Notes under the pieces: model-generated
The model's input: the letters and a program-made list of their open reading frames with translations, nothing else
The model's database searches: none
What the model was told of the DNA's origin: nothing
Translations under genes and position numbers: made by a program
Assembly: GCF_018977255.1 (NCBI RefSeq)
Contig: NW_024704743.1
Span: forward strand, 29,700,001-29,764,000
Origin: Callorhinchus milii
Lineage: Eukaryota
Reading direction: 5' to 3'
DNA length: 64,000 nt
Shown here: positions 36,989 to 48,684 of the stretch, piece by piece
Numbering within the stretch: position 1 is the stretch's first letter
Layout of the letters: the number at the start of each line of letters is the position of its first letter

Positions 36989-38582
36989 TCATAAAAACAT
37001 AGAAACAGGAGTAGGCCATTCAGCCCCTCAAGCCCGTTCCGCCATTCTATAAGATCATGGCTGATCTGTATCTCAAGCCCCATACCCCTTGATACCCTGA
37101 CCTAACAAAAATCTATCCACCTCAGTTTGAAAATGTGAATGGATTCAGCATCCACAGACTTTTGGGGGAGAGAATTTCTGAATTCCACTACCTTTACGGT
37201 GAAAAACTGCATCTTGGTCTCACTCCTAAATGGCCTAGCTCTAACTTTAAGATTATGCCCCCTTGCTCTGTATTCCCCTACCAGAGGAAATAGTTTCTCT
37301 ATAACTACCCTATTGAATCCCTTTACTATTTTAAAAACCTCACTCAGATCACCCTTCAACCTTCTAAACTTAGGGGAATAGAGATCAAGTTATGCAACCT
37401 GGCCTCATAATTTTACCCCTTAAGCCCTGGTATTGTTCTGATGAATCTGCACTGCACTCCCTCCAGAGCCAATATATAATAATAATAATCCTTGCATTTG
37501 ATATAGCGCTTTTCACGTCGGGAGGACGTCCCAAAGCGCTTCACAGAACACACTGTAAAGTGAATTGACTGTATATTTGTGGGCGAACGCGGCAGCCAAT
37601 TGCGCACAGCAATGTCCCACAAACAGTCGTAGATTGAAAATGACCAATTTATTATTGTTTTGTTTTGGAGGGATTATTATTAGGTGTGTGGAGTAAGGAT
37701 TGCCCAAGGTTTCGCCCTGCCTGGAATTGAACTTAGATCTCTCGCTCGCAAAGCGAGTGCTCTAACCACTGAGCTACAGGACTCCACATATCCTTCCTGA
37801 GGTGCCCAAAACTGAACACAGTACTCCAGATGGAGTTTGACTAAGTTGAAGCATCATTCCCTCGCCTTTATATTCCAGCCCCCTTGAGATAAAGGCCAAC
37901 ATCCCATTAGCCTTTTTGATAACTTTCTGTACCTGTGAGATTGGTTTTAGTAATCTGTGTAATCTGGATACCTAAATCCCTTTGATCCTTCGCAGTTCTT
38001 AGTTTCTCATAATATATAAAATATTCTGTTTTGCTATTTTTGGATCCATAGTGGATGACTTCACGTCCCCTCTTTGAATTCCATCTGCCAGAGTTTTACC
38101 CACTCACTTAATCTGTCTAAATACCTTTGTAACTTCCTGCTCCCATCTACACAATTTACCATGCTTCCTAACTTTGGGCCATCTGCAAATTTTTATATAA
38201 AACATCCAAGTCATTTATATATATGGTGAAAAGCTGAGGCCTCAGTAAAGACCCCTGGAGAACACCACTTGTCACGTCTTGCCAATCATAGAAAGTTCCT
38301 TTTATCCCCACTCTCTGTTTCTTGCCTCCCAACCAATTTCCAAACTACATCACAAGGTTACCTCCAATTCCATGCAAATTCATTTTTCCTAATAATCTCT
38401 TGTGCGGAACCTTAACAAACGCCTTCTATAAATCCATGTAGACAACATCCATAGCCACTATCTTATCCACCATGTTAGTGACCTCAAAACATTCAATTAG
38501 ATTCATCAGACATGACCTGCACTTCACAAATCCATGCTGACTGTCTTTGATTAGCTCATACTTGTCCAAGTGCTCAGTCACT
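36989..38582 (-). mobile_element. CR1 LINE, 5'-truncated (~1.3 kb net), interrupted by a SINE
   Basis: 3' end cataaaaacatagaaacaggagtaggccattcagccc; ORF 37102-37359 GDLSEVFKIVKG...RGHNLKV; catctgcaaa (FADG), gaccc/ctggagaacaccact (SGVxQGS), acaaatccatgctgact (SQHGFV). Confidence 0.9.
37478..37788 (-). mobile_element. tRNA-Ala-derived Deu SINE, short form, full length, young, inserted in CR1
   Basis: Complete head to tail; the CR1 sequence gccaatatat|...|atatccttcc resumes across it with a ~4-bp duplication. Confidence 0.95.
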
Positions 38583-38589
38583 TAAAGTA

Positions 38590-38715
38590 AAATGTTGTCT
38601 CAAATTACCTGCTGCATTTACCTACAAATACACAGTCAGTACATATTACAGAAAACTTTGTGAAATGTTTCAACGTGATCACATGCTATGTCAAATGCAA
38701 GGATTATTATTATTT
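38590..38715 (+). mobile_element. Deu-type SINE 3' fragment
   Basis: ctgctgcatttacctacaaatacacagtc...tcaaatgcaaggattattatt. Confidence 0.7.
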
Positions 38716-38879
38716 ATTAATAGTGAGCCTGCTATATTATCGTGCTTTACATCCTGTTCAGTATCAGATCTCTGGCGCAATTTTCAAACATTGTCACATG
38801 TGCCTCCTCCATTACCTTGCCATTAGTAGTGATTATTCACTCTGGGTGGTTAAACGTAATACTCCTCTGAAGAAGATTG

Positions 38880-40200
38880 AGGAGATACATGATCCAGTTG
38901 CTGCAATTGATGATGCGGATGTATTGAACTTTAATTATGAGCACAAAACTAGAAAGTGTAGGTTTAGATTAAAAGTTGAAATTGGCCTAGAGATCAAAAG
39001 ATTTGTACCCCACATAGCAATGCATATGTGGAATAGACTCACATCAAAAGTTGCTGATGTTACATTGCTTATCTTCTTTAAAATGTAATTGCATGAGCAT
39101 TTGCTTGGAACAGTATTGTAGGACAGATGCTGAATGAGGTGAGCAATATATTGTGATCAAAATGATCTCTGGGCTGCTGAATCTGGTTGGGGAGTGCAGG
39201 CTGTCTGGGGAGGTAGGTAGCCAGGAATCAAAAGCAGAGATGTTGGTAAGGATAAATATTTTGAAAATTTTGCTTAATTTAGAGGATTACGATGTCTTTA
39301 TGCAGAACAGCTTAACCTCTTCTTAACAATGGTACAATGGAATGGTGTGAAGTCCATAATAGGATAGGCTTTCAGTGACTGTAGGTCAGTAAATGGGCCA
39401 ATATCATTTTCTCAATCCGTGCTTTATTAAATTATGTTTCCTCAGTACAAATCTCAATGTTAAAATAAAATAATCAAGTTCAAAGGGGAACCTGTTTTTC
39501 CTCAGTCTCTCACATAAGCAGTTACAGGTTTACCAACAGAGCTCATCAAATACTAGGTTACAATTTGATAGCTTTTGAGCACAACTCAGAAGAAGTTGTC
39601 CTAACCATTGCTATAGCCACATCCGTAACATTTGTGTCCAAGTTTGGGTAGTTAATCTTCAAATGCACATTTATATGTTGGCGAGGGTTCAGAGAAGGCC
39701 AGCAGGATTGATTCCAGGACTTTGATTTATAAGGCGAGTTGTTCAGAGCTAAACTTGTTTTCATTGGAGAAAAGAAGATTGAAAGGGAATGATTCAGGTC
39801 TTTAAAATGCCAAAAGACATAGATGACATAGGTGAAGGAAGGATAACTGTTTGGCTTAAATCAGAGTGCAGAAACAAAGGGCGTAGATTTTAAATGAGCA
39901 ATTCTCAAGTGAGAATGGAGAGTGGATGATTAATTTTGCTCACAGGTTAGTGGATATGGGAAGCAGACTCTCAGCAAAATCAGTTGATGCAGTATTGAAT
40001 AACTCTTTTAAAAAATAAATGTTTAAATCATAGTTTAGAACAGAATTGAGAGTCTTAGGGATTGGCATGGACTGAAGTGAATAAACTTCTATGGTACATA
40101 ATAGTTTCTATGTGGGAACCACAAAGGTGGGTGGGGGGAATTGATCTTGAAATCTTTGGGAATTGGGGAGTATCCACGCAAAGGTGTTTCCCAGGAGATT
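38880..40200 (+). mobile_element. Two old CR1 3' fragments (~38880-39420 and ~39640-40200)
   Basis: atgtggaatagactc (MWNRL); gttcagagaagg...ttttcattggagaaaagaagattgaaaggg (VQRR...FSLEKRRLKG). Confidence 0.6.
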
Positions 40201-41659
40201 GATGAGTTAGAGGTGAGGAAGCATGAAAGGGACTTGGATTAATGCACTTATTTAAACTTATCTCGCTCCATCAAAGTGTTCTGATTAAGAGTCAAGTGGC
40301 TACTGGACTCATGAAAGTGCACAGATATCATTCTTCCCAATTGCTTTGAACAATTTAGTGGTCAAACAATGCAGAGCTGTGCATCCAGACTTGCATATAA
40401 ATTTAGCTTTGTGTCTGTCCAAAACCCAACAGAAGATAGGAACAAATGGTACTTGATGTTGAACCTGACAGTGATAGAATTGCTATTTAAATGCTTTGAA
40501 TTCTTCCTGAAGTACAGGTGCCAAATAAATGCAAATGATATTGTAAAATGTGTTGGATTTTAATAAAATTGTATTTTCTAACATTGCTAGATATCTGCCC
40601 ACAGATTTCTGGGATTGATTTAAGGATTAAATGTGAATGTTGTCATGTGAGGTAAGTAGTTGAATTTGACATGAGATAAAGGAGATTGAAGTTGTAGTAT
40701 TTTTCAATGGGACTCCTTCAAATGGAATTCTGTTCAACCCACAGGAATTCTACTCCAGAAATAGATTGAGTTGCTGCAGGTTGGTGTGATGCTGAAAGGA
40801 GCCCCATTTGCAAGATTCTTATTTCTTATTATTGGAATCCTGTCTAGAAATACTAAAAAATGGACTCTGTTCAGTATTTATTTAGCGCAAGTTTATTTTG
40901 AGTCAAGGACACCCATCAAATTGTGACAAGTCATGCTGAAATCATATAAACTGTGGAGTCAATGGGTGCATCTTTCTGGCTTGTTTCCATGGATCAGGGT
41001 GAGAATCACAATTCTCTCTGTTCCTGGATGTGGATACATTGCACCAAATACAAATTTACATTTTTGTAGGACCTTTCAAGTTGGGAGGACATCTCAAGTC
41101 CCTCGACAGCCCTGGTTTGGCAGCTGAGCTGAGAATGGGATACAAAATATAAGGCATAAATATAATGTAAGATTTGTACCACCTGGGACTTTGCTTTAGA
41201 GGATTTGCATTCCTGGCACTAGAATTATTTTGCACAGAAATACAGGTCAGTGTAAGACAATACTCTGTAAGTGGAAGAAAGTCTAGATTACTCCCTAGAA
41301 AATACTCTCGAAATTGTTTAAAAAAATACTCTCTCCCTGAGGAGGAAATCTTCAACATTGAGTGTTGGAAAAGGTTATGTGCTGGTGACCAGCAGTGTCA
41401 AATTTCCTGTGTGTATCCCACAGCCTGTCTTCCCTGTGGCTGCTATTAATCTACTCTCACCAGCTGCAGACAGATCTGTCACATACATCACATGGGCAGT
41501 TTGGAAGTAGTAGCATGGCAAGTCTCTAGGAGGGTACACTTACACTATACAAATAGACAAAAGTTAGTCTCAGAGAAGAGAGAGGGAATTCTTCATGATT
41601 TTGTTTGCTGTATTTATGCTGGAAATCCTTTGGAGTCAATGTGAAAAAGGGAGAATAAT

Positions 41660-41875
41660 GACAATAAAATAATCTTTGCATTTGATATAGCACCTCATCA
41701 CATTGCCAAACATCTCAAAGCACTTCTTGGTACTTTATGATATTTAGTGCAATGATTGTGTATTTGAGGATAAAACTTGTAGGAAATTTGAACACAGCAA
41801 TGTCCCACAAGCGTGCATAAAGTGAATTGCCAATTTTACATGGTGTACTTTTGGCCAGGATTTTGTAAGAAACTG
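41660..41875 (-). mobile_element. Deu-type SINE fragment
   Basis: aataatctttgcatttgatatagc...acacagcaatgtcccacaag. Confidence 0.75.
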
Positions 41876-41934
41876 CTTTTTTTNAACACCAGGAACAAAA
41901 CTAAAAATCTGCCCCGAACATCCAATGAAAATTA

Positions 41935-42855
41935 TTTGACCACCAGGATTTTGACATAAGTGAGACTGAAGTTCTAGATAGATTCAAAGGGCTGAAAAAT
42001 CACAAATCCCCCCAAATAGATGAGCAGGTTCTTAGTGAGACAAGGTAGGAGATTTGTGAAGGATAAACATCATAATGGAGTCAATCACCAAAAAGGAGAT
42101 TCCAATGGGCTAGAAGGAAATGTACTCACTTTCCAAAAAGGTGACAGAACCATACCTGGCAATTATAGACTGACTCAATAATTGGAAAAATAATTGAGTC
42201 AAATATTACAGAGAAAATGGAAGATTATTTGTATAAAATTATTCTCATAAATGAAAGCCAACACATGTTCAGAAGGGGTAGATATTGTTTGACGAACCTC
42301 ATAGACTTCTTTGAGGGGGTGACATTCCAAATTATTTGTGAAAAGCCATACAGCATAGCATATGTAGACTGCCAAAGGGCACTTGACAAAGTACCAAATA
42401 AAAGTTCCTTCCACAACTGAAAAACTGGTTATTAGGGCAAGACGTGGATTCAATTGGCTTAAGGATCTAAGTTGAAATAGGGATAACAAGGATGGTCCCA
42501 GTATGAGAAGAATGAGCTATCAGCAACAATTAGACAAGCTAGAGCTTGGAAAGGGATGTTTCTGAAGGGACCTTATAGAGGTCTATTGGATTCTAAATAT
42601 GATTGAGAAAGTAAATAATACTTATAGGTATTCCAAGGCAACAGAACAAGAGGGTTCAAAGTTGCAAAGGGTAATGTCAGGAAAGACATCAGGAATTATT
42701 TATTTACCTAGAAGATAATTAACGATTGGATCAGATGACCAGAGAAGGGTGGTTTAGACCAGTACTGTAATGCTGTAATGGGAGATGGGCATTCTGGAAG
42801 GATGAGATCAACAGGACTAAATTACCTTTTTCAACTGAACTCCTTTGATCTTATG
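41935..42855 (+). mobile_element. Old CR1 LINE with internal deletion
   Basis: ttccaaaaaggtgacagaaccatacctggcaattatag (FKKG..PGNY); ORF 42217-42420 ESQHMFRRGRYCLTNLIDFFE...YVDCQRALDKVP. Confidence 0.85.
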
Positions 42856-43519
42856 ACCATTCATTACAGCGATATTTCTTCATCTGTCCCTACTAAAAAG
42901 GGTCTACCCTTTCATGAAGGGGGTTGCGCTAGAGTCTGATTTTCTGGATGATAGTAGTTCATGGGTACCTGACAGTGGACATTTTTAAGCCTAGACTGCA
43001 AATGTTGGCAGGCTATTCTACTTTTACTACTGCTGTTTTTAGACCCTGCTGCGCAGATTCATGAAATTCTGGCTTGAATGTTGAGATATGCAGGTGTTCC
43101 ATGTAACTACCCTAAACGAAAGCAAAGACTCAGGCAGATGTGGTCCATAAAAGTGACTGCACAAACCACAAACATGGCAGCTTCCACAGACTCTAAATAT
43201 TTTGTAGGCCAGTTCTTGGAGTACTTTTAGCAGTTCTAAGTTGAAGTTTTGGATCCTATATCATAGCCTTAATTTACAGGAGAGTGACTCAATTTAAAAC
43301 AGCTTCTGAAAGTCTCAATCCAGGGTCCAAAACAACAGTGCCACTAGACAGGAAACGAAGATGGAAGCTCGCAACATTTTCAGTCAGCTTTGAGTACAAC
43401 TAGTGTTCAAAATTCAAGAGACATTTCAAAACACATTTTAACACCACTCCTTAATTAAGCAATGGAGGAATACTGCAATTGTGACCCCTATGTTAGCTCC
43501 CTTTGGAAGATATTTCATG

Positions 43520-43735
43520 GAATCATAGAATCTTGTAGCACAGAAGGCCATTCAACCCATCGGGCCTGTATCAGCTCTTTGAAAGAGCTACCAATTAGTC
43601 CCACTCTCCCGCTCTTACCCCATAGCCCTGCACATTTTTCCTTTTCAAGTACCTGTCCAATTTCCTTTTGACAGTTAACTACAACAACAAAATTACATTT
43701 GTAAACCGTCTTTCATGTCAGGAGGACGTTTAACT
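43520..43735 (-). mobile_element. CR1 3' end followed by an L2 tail
   Basis: gaatcatagaatc...gaaggccattcaacccatc; then acaacaacaaaattacatttg...tttcatgtcaggaggacg. Confidence 0.75.
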
Positions 43736-46112
43736 ATTGTAAATTTCTATTCATGTCTTTGCAAAATGCACAACACAGACACACCAGCAGTGCCAAAGTG
43801 AATATCTGTACATAAAATTATTGGAGTAACAAAGGATACACAGTGCTTTCAGCTATTTTCTATTCTCAAGCTAAAAAGAAAAAGCTTTACTGAATGCTCT
43901 TTTATTAAGTCTTTGTCATTCAATAAATTTACCTTCCAACTCTCCCTAGAACTCCCCAAAGCAAATCATTACAAGGCCCATTTCTGATATTTATTGCAAA
44001 ATCTGTCACCAGCAGCAAGTGGTTTAACCTAAAGCTCATTTACTCTTTCCATATTTCATTTTTAATGCATTGTATGAACAGAAAACATTATGAAGACCTG
44101 TGGGATACAATTCGTAACCTGCTTGACTTAAAGGAATACCATCTCCTTGAACCTTGACACTGGTGAGTTATGACAAGTTATGGCTAGCTCACTCTCCAGC
44201 TCATGTTTTGTCGTAAGTACTGTAGTTCCTCATGTGAATTAATTCATAGCTTTTAGAAGTACATTGTGGCACAATTCAAACATGAACACAATGGATACTT
44301 GCCAGACACTGAAGTACATCACAGGAGTCTTAGGTCATATTTAATTTAATAAAATCATAAAGACTGCATCTAGACTGCTTTAATTAAGTGTGTTTGATCT
44401 GGGACTTTATCTGCCAACGTCAGGTGACAGACTGAGTTTATATTCAGCAATAACGGTTACCTCATCGTCTTCAGTGCTACCATCTGGCTCCCTGGTTTTC
44501 TCTTCCCAGAAACTTCTCATAGTTTCCACTCTTTCCAAGTAATGAGAGAAAGCCATTTTCCCCAGACTTTCACTGATGGACTCCTTCACTCTGGTCACGT
44601 TTGATGATTTACTGGGTTCCATCACTTTCATATCCTCATACCTGGCTCTTCATGTCTGCCTTTCATATTGTTCCCGTAAATTCTCACTTAGCTGGTTCAC
44701 AGACGTTTCTAGTTTCCCTCTGCAATGGAGAAAGAAAGCATCTACTTTTCCCATTCTTTATGGACAAATATATTTTCATGCATATTAAAGGCTAAAAGGG
44801 TCTTTTTGCTGCACTCAAAGCAAATGTGAAATCAAGAACTACACAGAACTATGTTGAATTTTGAAGTAAAGCTTATAAAAAGGGCAAGATGGCAACATTT
44901 CAAACCAGATTTGAAACATCAAAATTTTCACCTCATATATTCATAAGGTAATATTTGGGAAAGTTAGTAATCTTAATTCCAACCTGGACAACATGGCCCA
45001 GTCAATAAAATCATTTGCAGTGGTACCTACACAACTCAATCTATGTTCAATACTGTAATAATGTAAAAATAGTGTTGCCTTGACTATTGATGAGGAAGGA
45101 TTTCATCGGACTTTAACCATAGAGATATGTGAATCTGTATATGTGACTTTAGTCAACGAGATTTAATGTGCAGTAATTTGCCTTCAGAGTGATCGTAAAA
45201 AGAACCAGCAACTCCTGATGATAATTGGAATGTGTTATTTTGCTCCATGAACCTGGACATAGTTTGCTGATTTCTCACCTGGATAGCACCAGGATAAGGG
45301 ATACATTTAGGAACACAGCTTGAAAACAGTAATGGGAAGACAGTAAGATTGGTATCCTGAAAGGATGAGATCAAGTGGGCCAAAGGGTATTTACATCCAA
45401 ATGTGTCTGTTGATCTTGAAATCATTTGATACATGTCCTCATTATTTATATCAGCCTGTTTTTTCGATATCAGAATGGGACACATTGGCTGAATGCTCTG
45501 AACCCCTTAATTCCCCTTCTGGTGGTAGTCCCAATGATTGGAGAAAATCATATGCTAAGCCTGCCTCGAAAAGCTCCTTGGAGAGATGACTCATATATCA
45601 GACATAGCCACAGAGAGGAGCTTGCAACATTGCCCTAGTTTTTGATCGAGAAGTCACAGAATATTTAATTCTTCCAACTATATTGGTTCATGGACCTGGG
45701 CATAGCTAATCAGAGGCTACAAATTCTGAAGGCCTTAGCCATATGACATTGTTTTTCCCACAGTTTTCAAATAGCACTATAACTTCCAAAGTAAGGCTAA
45801 GACTGGAAGGTTGTAGCGCTCCTTTGAAGCTGTGGTGACTGATTTCTTTCCTCACCTGCTTCTTCACAGGGACTTCAGCCTTGCCAATTCTCCACACTAA
45901 CAGATGTGGCTCCAATTTGCCTTTGAGGTCTGGCGGTACAACATTTCTTGTGTTAAGTAAGTGTTTATGTGGTAGTGGAATATTGGAGTATGTCACGGCA
46001 AAGACAAAAGCACTTCTTAGAGTCGGGTCAATGATTTGTGGTTCACTGCAATGTATTCTGGATGGTCTGCAGTATCTGTGGACATAAGAACAGTGAACAA
46101 GGACAAATAATA

Positions 46113-46487
46113 GTTATAATAATATCCTTACATTTGATATAACACCTTATCATATTTTTAAGATGTCTCAAAGCGCTTCACAAATATACTATAAAGTGAA
46201 CTGACTGTATATTTTGTGAACAAAACTCAGCAGCCAATTGCGCCCAGCAGTGCCCCACAACAGTCGTGGATTCAAGTGACCAACTTATTGTTAATTTTTT
46301 AAAGAATTATTACCCCCGGAAAAGCGAACCGCCAATCGACTAACAACCTGTTCTGACTTACTGCTAGGTAAACAGAGGTGCGTAGAGTAAGGAAACTTGC
46401 CCAACATTTCATCCTGCTGGAAATCGAAGTCAGGTCTCTCACTTTGCGAGGCAAATGCTTTAACCACTGAGCTATGGGACTCCACAT
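46113..46487 (-). mobile_element. tRNA-Ala-derived Deu SINE, long form, full length
   Basis: Tail; Deu block; cttactgctaggtaaacagagg; head taaccactgagctatgggactccaca. Confidence 0.92.
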
Positions 46488-47454
46488 ATTGGTAGAATTG
46501 AGAAACAGCGCAGATCCTAATAAAAACAGGCTAAGATTCACAAACACTGTGACTCTAATCAAGGCCGCTAAGACAAAGACAGAATAAGATTCACAAATAT
46601 CATCATCCTTATTATTTTGTCATCAAGGTTGCTACAACCAAGTGCCCTTATTATGTAACCTGCGAGGTGTCTGCCCTATCCCAGGAAGCTGTTAGAATCA
46701 GGGCTGCACCTTGTATTGGCAAGAACAGACCTGTAAAGAAAGAAAACTGCTAAGAAAACTACTAAGAAAACTCTGAAGAATACTCTTGCAACAGAGTATT
46801 CTGTTCTCCGGTTCAGTATTTATATAGTTCTGTATCATGCATAGTGCTACAGAAGGCTGTAAGGTTCACTTTCACCTGTTTCTGTGAGCATGATTGTTTT
46901 GGGATCCTGAAGCACACAAAGACTCACAAATTTCTGAGTCCACAATTTTTTTTAATTTACTGCAAATAAATACAATTAAAATATACTGACAATTTAAGAC
47001 AACAGCTGTGAAGACTGATGAATCATTTGGCCAAACCCATGTACCTTGTGGTTTCCTGCAACTCTTTCTTTAAGTCTTTATTGTTTCAAATTGATATAAA
47101 CCTGTTGCTATGGCAGTCCCACCAGAAAGTTAACAACAACAAGAAGCATTTGTATAGCACCTTCACACAGTGTAATGACTCGGAGTGATGAAACATTAGG
47201 CGAACCAAAAATTGATTTTAAAATACCATCCGGACTTCAGATTGACAAACACAAAATCACAAAAATAGAAATATCATATTTTATTAACCTAAGTAGAAGG
47301 AGTAATTAATCAAGGAGTATCAATAATTACAATTTAATGTCTAGTATCTTTGACTCACCTGATGTGTCCATTTATTAATATGACTATTAATGGTGTGCTT
47401 ATTATTTTGTCATCAAAAATATCTATAACAACACAAAAATCACATGAAATATGG

Positions 47455-47891
47455 TAACAACAAGGTTACATTTGTATAGTGCCTTTCACGTTGGGAGGAC
47501 GTCCCAAGGCGCTGAAACATTTTGGTATAGAATCATTCTCATATTTCACAGAGACTATACACAAAGCAACAATTCCTTTATAGCCCGTCGGTTGTGTGAA
47601 GCCAGGTGGAATAATAATAATAATCCTTGCATTTGGTATACCACTTTTCACGTCTTCAAAATGTCTTGAAGCGCTTCATGGAATATACTGTAAAGTCAAT
47701 TAACTTTGAATTGATTTGTGGATGAAATGCAGCAGCCAATTGTGCACAGCAGTCATGGATTGAGTGACCAGATTATTGTTTTTTTCTTGAGGGTTTATTA
47801 TCAGGTGTGTGGAGTAAGGAAACTTGCCCAAGGGAAGCGAACCCAGGTCTCTCACTTGTGAGGCGAGTGCTCTAACCACTGAGCTACAGGA
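47455..47891 (-). mobile_element. L2 tail (47455-47515) and short-form SINE (47610-47891)
   Basis: gcctttcacgttgggaggacgtcccaaggcgc; SINE tail through ctaaccactgagctacagga. Confidence 0.85.
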
Positions 47892-48307
47892 TAGTAAGAT
47901 TGCATATCTTATTAATGCCAGTGGAATGCCTACCAAAGTCTTGCGATCCTTATGAAAGTTAGTTGTCTCAGAGAAAGATCTTCCAGGATCAGAGTTTTGT
48001 GGCGGTGGGTGGAGGGGAGAGAGACAATCAAAATAGTTGAAATATTTATCATTGATGGAACTTCAGCTGGGATCTTTTCCGAGTAGCTTCCAGATTTACG
48101 CCTTCAGCAGCTGAAGTCTTGTGAAAGCCTGCTCTAAACAGCCTTCGCAGAACGACATCTGGGTGCCACAGGGAACTGAATCACTCATCACTTATTTTGT
48201 TCTGAAGTTGTAGTACAGTGGAGACTGCTCATGATTGTCAACAAAGTGAAACAATCGTGCACTGTATTGTGACAGAAAAACCATATCGTACATTGATGCG
48301 GAGTTTA

Positions 48308-48498
48308 AACAACAACAAACAATTTCCATTTCCATAGCGTCTTTTACGTCAGGAGGACATCTCAAATCATTTTGCACACTGGCTGGGAGCCTAAACTAGG
48401 ATGAGTGGGGAGGGGGCAAGCGGAGCTTATGGGGAGGCAAAAAGCTGGCCAAAAGTACAGTCAAAGAGATACGTTTTAAGCAGATTTTGAAAGTGGAG
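48308..48498 (-). mobile_element. Decayed L2 3' end
   Basis: (AAC)n...gcgtcttttacgtcaggaggacatc...cagtcaaagaga. Confidence 0.75.
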
Positions 48499-48684
48499 AA
48501 AAACGAAACCTTAGGCAAGTTTCCTTATTCCACACTCCTCTGTTTACCCAGCAGAAAGTAGGAACCCGGTTGTTAGATGATTGGTAGATCGCTTTCCAGG
48601 GATAATAATCCCTCAAAAAAAAGTGGTCACTTAATCCATGAATGTATGTGGGACACTGCTGTGAGCAACTGGCTGTCACATTTC

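Noticed and set aside
41876..41890. Abrupt sequence change at a poly-T followed by a single n (41884)
   Set aside because: Probably an assembly join or ambiguous base, so adjacency here is not biologically interpretable
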